Of a stretch of DNA of 64,000 bases, positions 55,601 through 64,000 are shown piece after piece. Origin of the DNA: Paraspadella gotoi (lineage: Eukaryota; Animalia; Chaetognatha); assembly GCA_051294375.1 (NCBI GenBank), contig CM119265.1:3913025-3977024 (forward strand), given 5' to 3'. Position 1 is the stretch's first letter. Every line of letters begins with the position of its first letter. Made by a program: the position numbers and the translations under genes. The notes beneath the pieces were generated by a model that was not told the origin of the DNA, made no database searches, and saw only the letters and a program-made list of their open reading frames with translations.

Positions 55601-58600
55601 TGTGTGTCCATTTTCTTTGTTTCATATTAATTCAAGTATTTTTTGTTCGAATTTCCACTTCATTATGATTTACAGCAATATGCAAATTAGAATATAGTAC
55701 TTTTTTATTAATTTTCTTTGATAGTAACGTCTGACGAGATCACAATACTTTTAAGATTTTTTTAAATGGTTTGCTATCCGAAGAAAATTATCCGAATTAG
55801 CTCAAATAAGAAAATATAATTCAATGAACCACGAGTCTCAATCTCACCTTTGTTGCCAGACACACCCACTCCGCCTCCAACTCCTCGAACAACACCCGCA
55901 GCAGCGTCTCTGCCTCCCTCCGCGTCGCGCCGCTGCTAATCGCCACCAGCGCCCCCCTACGTCTCAGATCCGACAGGCCAAGCGTCTTCACAGCGTGGCG
56001 CGCCACCGCCGACGCCACGGCGGCGTCGCGAAAGATCCCGTCTTCGTCGGTGGCGGGAAGAACGCGGCGTCGATGGAAACGCTCCGTGGCGGAGTGGCCG
56101 ACGAAAAGTTGGGCTTGATTGGCGGCGGCGGCGAAACCGACGACGTTAGGAAAGACGACGCTCGGTTCGGATCGAGAAGAGAATCCGCATCTGACTTCCT
56201 TAGGGGTGATGTCGATGACGACCAAATCCAAGTCGCCCAAGACTTCGTCGTTGTCTTCGCTGCGGACATTGCAGAGTTCGTCGTAAAGATAGGGAAGAAA
56301 TTGGTGATCGTCTTCGTCGCGAACGAGAAGATCGTCGTAAAGGTCGTCGAGTTCGTCGTTAAGGTCGTCGCCGTCGGAGATGACGTCTTCGGGAAAGAGC
56401 TCAGAATCGTCGTCATCGTCGTCGCCGTCGTCCTCGATGTCCAACTCTTCGGACGAGTCGATCAAAACATCCAAACTTTTGTAGGAATTTTTGAACCTTT
56501 CTGAATTTGTTTCGTCAAAATCCAAATTTTCAATCTCCCTTGATTCCGTTACATCAAAATCCAAATTTTCAATCTCCCTTGATTCCGTTACATCAAAATC
56601 CAAATTTTCAATCTCCCTTGATTCCGTTACATCAAAATCCAAATTTTCAATCTTCCTTGATTCCATTACATCAAAATCCAAATTTTCAATCTCCCTTGAT
56701 TCCATTACATCAAAATCCAAATTTTCAATATCTGCCATTTCGATTCCAATAAAATCTGATTCAAATTCGCTGTCGAAATCCTTGAGCCTCTGGTCCAGAT
56801 TCTCCTCGTCTTGGGACGAGACGATCCAATCATCCCTCTTCTCTCGGAAGTGATCGTCCAGTGTATCCTCGATTTTTCCTCCGGGAGATTCGACTTGTTC
56901 AATAAGGTTTCGGCGCTGAGCTTCAAGAGCGGAGACTAATTCATCCAACTCTTTGATTTCATCGGCGAAAAGTTTTTCGTCGTCTTTGCATCGAGATTCG
57001 TTGTCATTGTCATCGTAGTCATTGTTAGCAATGTTTGTGTCATCAGGGCTTTTACTTTTGCGAGTTGTACATTTTGTTGTAACTGATGTTGTAGATGCTG
57101 TCACATTTGCTGTTGTAGTTTTTGAATCGTTTGTCGGAACCAGAGACAACATCTGTAGTTCTGCCATCGGGATAGGAATAGTCGATGTTCTCTGCTGCGT
57201 TTTACCCCGCGGCTTCTCAAGCTGCAACGTCGGCGGCAGCAGCGGCGGCAGAAACAATGGCGGAGACGATGGCGGCGAAGCTGGCGGCGAAGAAGGCGGC
57301 GAAGAAGGCGGCGACAGCGTCGGATGAGGCGTCGACTTGTCTTGAAGTAAAGTGAGAAATGAAGACGAGGGAATTGAGGAGATTGAAAAAGATCGAGATA
57401 ATTTTGGCTCGAACGACAAAGAAGCTGAAAGGGGTCGTCGAGATGGCCGAGTAGATGAAGGTCTGGAGGGGCGAGTGTTTGATGTGGACAGAGACGATGA
57501 AGACCGAATTGGGAAAGAAGAGGAAATGGGCAAAGAACGTATGGAGGGTGAGAACGAGGAGGGGGGGAAGGTACGAGGTCGGGGAATCGGCGGAGCTGGT
57601 GAGGAAGAAGGTAAGGAGAAAGTAGGCGTAGATTTAGGTGAGGTAAGTGAGGGATGAGATAGTGAGGGTAAGGAGAAGACAGGAGGAGAAGCTGAGGGTA
57701 AGGAAAAGGGTCGGGGAAGAGCAAAGAGAGAGGAAGAAGATGGAAGAACGGTTAGTGAAAGAGAAGAAGGCGGAGTTTGTTGAGAAGGTAAGGTAACCGA
57801 AGCCAATGCTGCGGATGATGGGTAAGTGGAAGAATGAGAAAGAGGCGAAGAAGAATCCGAGTTTTTCGATAGATTTTCCTCGTCGTTCGGTGCTTGCAAC
57901 GTCTCTTCACGCACACCCGTTTCATCTTCTTTCGATGTTGGGGGCGACTTCTCCTCTTCGGAGGGACAGACGAAATAATCCATCGGCTCTTCAAGCACAC
58001 CCGGTCCCGCTTTTAATGCAGACACTGAGATATGTTCCGGCGGCGTCTGTTGGTTTGGCTCAAGCTGAAACGACTCATCAGGCATTCTTAATGCAGTCGG
58101 TGATAATTCTTCCTGCAGCGCCTGTACATTTGTTTCTGAAGCATCGGGCGCACCAAATGCCTCATCGTTTGAGGTTGTTAAGTCGTCAAGCTTAAACGGT
58201 TTATCAGGCATTCTTAATGCAGTCGGTGATAATTCTTCCGACGGCGCCTGTACATTTGTATCGGAGGCATCTGGCGCACCCAATGCCTCGTCGTTCGAAG
58301 TCGGCAAGTGCGTTTCTTTGAACGGAACCACGAGTCCGTCGAGAGGCTCTTCAGTCTCGGCTTCATCTGGATCGATCGTGGAAGAAGAACGGGACTCGCT
58401 TGCGTCGACCGGCGATTTCTCGGCGGCGGAAAAGGAAGGTCTGAGGAAATTGGCCGATTCGATTTTATTCGTCGTGAAATTTTTTGCATTTTCATCATTA
58501 AGAAAAACAGCGTCGACCTTGTCGTCGTTGTTGTTGTCGTTGTCGTCGTCGTCGTCTTCGTAATTAATCTTCTGAACGTGGAGTCTTTTTGGCAGGACCG

Positions 58601-61600
58601 AAAGAGCATCGTCGTCGCTGTTGTCATCGTTGTGGTCATCGTCGTCGTCCTCGTCGTCGGCCTCGTCCTTTTCATCTTCCTCGCCGTCTTTTTTGTCGTA
58701 AACTTCCTTCCGTCGGAGGGCGTCTTGATCGTTGTCGTCGTCGTCGACGTCTCCACAAGAGTCGTCGATAATTTCAGCGCGAATTTTTCTCGAGATCAAT
58801 TTTCGAATCGTCGACAGAATAGGAAATTCATTTTCGTTTATTACGACATCGTCCAAATAGTCGTCGTCGTTTTCGTCGGCGTCGTCTTCGTCGTCGTCTT
58901 CGCTTAAGTCGTCGTCGCCATCGGTCGCCGCAGGATTCCGTCTCTCCCGACGCAGCGGAGCCGCGCCGACTCTTTCCAGCCGCTGCAGCGTCAGCGGGGG
59001 CGACGAGAGGGAGAGACGAGTGACGATTCTGAAGGAGGGAGGAGGAAGAGGAGGAGGAGAAGAGGAGGTAAAGTGAGGTGGAGGAGGAGGAGGAGGATAG
59101 CAAGGCGGAAGTGGTTGACGATAATCGAAAGCGACGCCGAAAAGTTGACGCAAATCCATTGCGGAGATCGATGGTTCGCTTTCAGCGAAGTCGTCGTCGT
59201 CGTCGTCGTTTTTGTTATCGTCAGCGTTACCGTCGGCGGCGGCGGCGGCGGCTGCGGCGACGGCGCCGGCGTTATCTTCGGCGTTGTCGTCCGCACCGCC
59301 GTCGATTAGAATCGAGAAATCAACGTCTCCGTTTCTCTTTTGTTCTATTTTTAGTTTAACCTTTTCTTTGTTGAATTTCTTCTCATCATCATATAATTCG
59401 CCTCTAATTTTCACGTCCTCTTCATTAACTTTATTATCATCCTCTTCTTCCTCCCCCTCCTCCTCCTCCTCCTCCCGCTCCACCTTCTCTTCCCACTCTA
59501 CAACGAAATCCTCAACCATCTTTAACATACTTGAATTTTTCACATTCTCTCCCTCACTTTTAACTTCCTCTTCCTTTTCTTCTTCTACGTTCTGTTTCCT
59601 TTCCTCTTCCTCCTCCTTCTCCTCCTCCTCTTCCTCCCCCTCCCTCCATCCTCTCCCCGCCATCGTTCCTCCGAATTCGCTCGTCAACTGAGATGCGTTG
59701 ATGTGATGCTGCAATTCATCGACGCCGTCGACGACGACGACTTGACGATTAGCAGGAGATTGAGTTGCGGCAAGACTTGGGGCTGATGGACACAAGACGA
59801 GAGTCAACTGCGACAACGGCTGCTCCGGCGGCTCCTGCTTTTCATGCAGTTGTATCTCTGTTTCGGCACATATTAGCTGCCGCAACTCGGATTCCTTTTC
59901 CCACAAAGGCAAAGGCGCCAGTTTCTCTCGCCGCACTTGTCCCAGCGAACCTTCTTGCCGCAACTTTGACTCTTTCCCTTTCCGCAAGTACTCGTCAACA
60001 TATTTCTCGACGATCCTTTTGAGCGACTTTGCTATGACGGGCTCCTCGGACGATGACGGAAGAAGAAAGTAGAAGCACGAAGATTCGACGTTCTCCTTAA
60101 GAGGTATGGCTTCTGATTGAAGAGAGTCAGATTCTCGGTCTTTAACGAGAGTCGACAAGGCGTTGGGGGCTGTCATTTCCAATAAGTCCCCCCGCTTTTC
60201 AGATCTCTTGGCTACACCCGTGCCGATCACTTCTCCCCCGTTGCAAGAGTCTTTGTCGACGCCTTCCGCCGTCGACGAACTCTTGGATACGCCAGAAAAT
60301 ATCCATCGTAGAGTCGTTGTCGCCTGCGTTTTATCAGGTGGAAAGATTTTTAAAATCTAACGCTCAAAAATAATTTGCATATTTCAGTCAAATTTGAGTT
60401 GTGTTTGGAATATTTCCCCAAAAAATTTCGAAATTTCGCAATAGATTCGGAATTTATTTCAAGAATCTATTTTGAATATTTCACAAAACATTGTTAAGCG
60501 GTTTTACGAAATGTCACACGTTTCCAAAAATTTTCAAATCATCTTTCCAATGCGCAATTAGAGTCGAGGAACTTCTAAATTCACAAAGTCTCCAATGTTA
60601 ATTTTCTGAATCGCAAATAACCTGAATTCTCGAACATCGCGTAAGATCGACAAGAAAAGCTACGGGATTATGGTGCAATTCTTCTGGATTCTTGAAATTC
60701 GCCAGTTGAAAAATATTGTTTATCGAATTGTGATTTTTTTGAGTCTGAAAAACGGGAATTTTGATTGATCTTGAATAGAGATTCCTTAACCGTTAAAATT
60801 TAACCGTTAAAAAATTTTTAACTTAACCGTTAATTTTTTTATTTTAACGGTTAAATTCGGTTAAATTTTATTTTTTCTTATTTTGATATTTTTGTAAATA
60901 ATACATTGTTATCTTTAACTTATTATGTTTTTAAATTATTTTTTATTAAAACAAAGTGAAGCGCTCAAATCAGACTCGCGTTTTTTGTAATATAAATAAA
61001 AGTTTTTATATTTTTACTTAGTAAAAATGTCTACTGATTGGAAAAATGACGGACGGTTTCTCTCCTGTCTGGAATCATTTTGCGAAAAAGGTTGATGTCT
61101 ACTCAAATTTTTGTCTTAAAATTTTTGGGCTAAAATGAGTTCAGCAAAAAGCTCTATGAAAGTGTAAGAGAAAATAAAAAAATAAAAAATACTCCCCGGT
61201 TACTTATATTCCAAAGCTGTCGAATATCTGTTGAATATATATAAAACCAAATATCAAAGAAAGGGGACGCTGGTATAGGAGAAAGCCTCTTTAATACCAC
61301 CAATTAAAAAAAATGAAAGAATTAAAAAGCTTTCTTCTTGTGAAAAAAAAACAACAAAAAAAGAGAGAGTATTTTTACGCAACAGGTGAGCAATCACCAC
61401 CTATGAAAAAAATATATTCTATTGCGTTCACACTATACACTATACTACTTACTTTACCGCCAAACATAGTCTAGACTTTTTCTCTCTTAACTCCAAACAT
61501 TAACTGCTGACGCTCTTTAAAGATAATTTTTTAATATAAAAAATGATACGAGCTCATAATCGCTCTCATTGATTTGTTTATTATCATTAATTCAGTGTAT

Positions 61601-62045
61601 ATTCTTTCTTCCTTTACTTTATTATTGCATCCTAAGTATGGAAATAAGATTTGAACACAAAGTTTAAATTGTTTTTTCTTCTTTTATTCATTTATATTAT
61701 CAAATTGCTTAAGTTACGAAATTAACCGATTTTAACCGTTAAGGGTTAAAAAAGTCGATTTTTAACGGTTAACCGACGTTTTAGAAAAATTAACGGTTAA
61801 GGAAACTCTAATCTTGAAGTTTAATTAGTTTCTTTCTTTATTTCCTCTATCCTTCTGTCTTTCTTTCTTCTTCTCACCTGTAACCATAGCGTCCCTTTGT
61901 CCGGCCTCAAAACAACAATCGGCTTTTGATGCCGGCAAAATCCGCCGTAAACGAAAACGAATCCGGCGTCCAGAGACGTCAATCTCGGACCTAGCGCCGA
62001 GGGAATTCCCGGCCGAGTCTCCCGCCGGGATTCCAGACGCTCCAT
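52682..62045 (-). CDS. Giant actin-related protein with N-terminal Sec14/CRAL-TRIO-like segment, ~1980 aa; exons 62045-61878, 60356-55848, 54354-53797, 53558-53183, 53007-52682
   Basis: Actin-fold motifs in order: LVVIDITPKEVRCGFSSRSEPSVVFPNVVG, LLRVLFEEL, RTGVIFEGG, LGVRDLVDFI, RLCYVADD, RFLAPEILFNP, GIHEAIVDAV, VVVAGPA, AWKGGAEIA, WTSASEY. Sec14-like motifs GFVFVYGG..KPIVVL and ELQHHINASQLTSEFGGT. All introns are GT-AG and in phase. Confidence 0.8.
54608..55060. other. Two diverged ~225-bp structured units in tandem, in an intron of the actin-like gene
   Basis: Each unit has a GGCGG..CCGCC hairpin, GGGAACGCACCATC, CCAACCAC, GGCGCT, and a terminal GGCAACC..TTGCCATAATAT hairpin. Confidence 0.6.
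56510..56730 (-). repeat. Coding 39-bp (13-aa IENLDFDVTESRE) tandem repeat, ~5.5 copies
   Basis: Visible in DNA and in the 1469-aa ORF. Confidence 0.9.
60776..61810 (+). mobile_element. Non-autonomous hAT element (deletion derivative)
   Basis: 21-bp TIRs TAGAG(A/T)TTCCTTAACCGTTAA, perfect 8-bp TSD ATCTTGAA, subterminal TTAACCG repeats, BED-finger remnant SPVWNHFAKK near 61060. Confidence 0.9.
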
Positions 62046-64000
62046 CTTCCGAACAAACGTCAACTTCGCAACTCCAATGACGCGAATTACCAGAAAATAG
62101 TTGTTTCGTGGCAAAAATGCAAATAGTTTTTTGTTTTTAAGATCGGTAAAGAAAAGTTTTTCATTGATTTTCACTTTTTTTAGTTTTGAGGTGAAGCGTC
62201 ACCCAAAGGATTTTCGGATCGAACTTTGAAACTGATAAGACGAGACCACGTTTAATAATTCTGCAGCGATCATTCCAAATCTCGCCCAAAAAACAAACTG
62301 GATTGGGTTATGACTTGTGTCATTCGTTGAATTGGAACCAGGTACAATCGTGAAAAATCTATGAAATTAGTACAACCCATATAAAATTATCAATTTACTA
62401 TCTATATTCTATAAGCTATCTTGCCGTTGACTTTGGATAAGCTTTGGCGGTTTAAGGCTTCCAACACTCTTACATGGCAGGTCTCTGCAAGCTTTTTAAA
62501 AAAACTCTCACTGTCTCGTTTATTCACTCTCACTAAACCTGGCTTCCCTATCAATGAATTGTGCAAATAGTATTAGTTTAATGATGCCTTTTGTAGGTTT
62601 TTTCATAGTAATTTCATTTTTTTCGCCACAAGAAATACAATTGTTCAAATGTCTCTCAGATGATTTAAACTTCACTTTTTTTCTTAGAATGTGTTCAGAT
62701 TAATCAATGTTTTGTATGTATGCCATATGAATAAGAACTAGAAGAATTGACTTCATTTACCTGGCAATGGCTTATCAATATCGGTCGAAAAAAATTGCTA
62801 AAACGCGATGGAATGAAAATATATTTTTTTGTATCTAATAGAACAAAAAACGCATTTCTTTTTTTTACAGCGTACAACAATTAAAAGTTTCTATACAGTG
62901 TGTTTTGATTAGCTTTAATTCTTATTTCATTATGGACAATGTGAGAGCGCGAAGGCTTTCATGTTAGAAAAATGAATTCATATTTGTGTATATTTTTTTC
63001 ACCCCTTGGAAAAATTAAGGCGACTAGAACCAACGTTGACTAAATTACAAACATTGATATAATATCAAGACACTGGCTTTGTGATAATATACATATCGAT
63101 CGAGTAAAAGGAAAGACAGCATCATTGTTTTTGATTGATTTTCAATATTATTTGTTCTGGTTTTGTTTTTCTTTTGTTTTCTCGTCCCTGTTGTTTTGTT
63201 TTTAAATAGTATCATCACTCAAAACGCGGAAATCGCAACACAAAGCAAAGAAAACAAGTTTTTTTTATAAAGAGTTTAACAGCATGAATAGATGTTTTCG
63301 AGGAAATAAATAGTTGAACTAAAGACAAAATATTGTGCGCCATTTCTTCAATTTTTTTTAGTTTCATATTGCCCAGTGGAATCGGTACACTTAATAAAAA
63401 CAAAGACAATTAATTCATGCGTCAAACAAAGGAACACCATGCTGCTGAATAGATTAAAAAATGGCAAAAAAAAGGGAAAAAATTTCGTGTTATTCGCAAT
63501 CGTTTGTTTGTTGTTTTCGTAAAAAAAAAATTTTCAACAAAAAACGACGCGGAAAAAAAAAACAGAAAGACCGCAAGCGCCTCGGCTAAGCGCATCGTTT
63601 TGTAGTTAATGTTTCGATGTATAAATATAGTATATATAGGCGAATAAGACATGAGACCTCCGGACGTATATAGTACAACTTCGTCAAATATATAAACTTT
63701 TTTTTTGAAAGTCGCATTTGAAATGAAGTTTGTCGGTTTGCAATTTAGGCTCAGGAAGACAGAAAAAAGAATTCTGGGATAATTGGTGAGTCAAACCTTC
63801 AGCTCTAGAGATTCCTCTTTCCGCCATAACATTTAAACAAAAAATTATAAAATAAAATTGAGTAATTAAATTTTACAGAGAATAACTAAAGAGAAATTAA
63901 ACTCTCCCCTTTCATGCTCGCGTCCAAAGTCCCCCCCCCCAAACTCAACCGACGCTTCAAACGACCTCCAGCCTAAAAGGCGAACCGGGGATGTGATTGT

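Overview
Eukaryotic (invertebrate metazoan-type) genomic DNA with spliceosomal introns, AT-rich introns full of microsatellites and MITEs, and mostly very CpG-rich exons. Manual splicing gives six protein genes. (1) A ~33-exon giant cadherin on the minus strand (42150->88): signal peptide, ~23 EC repeats, a CDH23/PCDH15-type membrane-adjacent domain, TM and a PDZ-ligand tail. (2) A full-length ABCC/MRP transporter (1700-6774, +) nested antisense in a late cadherin intron. (3) A 3-exon, ~597-aa orphan gene (20940->17759, -) nested in another cadherin intron; it resembles a degenerate 2OG-Fe(II) oxygenase-like family and seems to need a GG splice donor. (4) A GT31 beta-1,3-galactosyltransferase (43889-47184, +). 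(5) A Sushi-TM-RING protein (51550->48687, -) whose RING exon is missing from the ORF track. (6) A ~1980-aa Sec14/CRAL-TRIO-like + disordered + divergent actin-fold fusion (62045->52682, -). Also present: hAT and Tc1/mariner non-autonomous elements with TIRs and TSDs, two CCA-ended tRNA 3' fragments, tandem repeats that duplicate splice sites, and a ~4-kb duplication across a 25-N gap that is probably an assembly artifact. The assembly shows indel errors, so single-base claims need read or RNA confirmation. Exon boundaries were read by eye and family assignments come from recalled motifs, not database searches.
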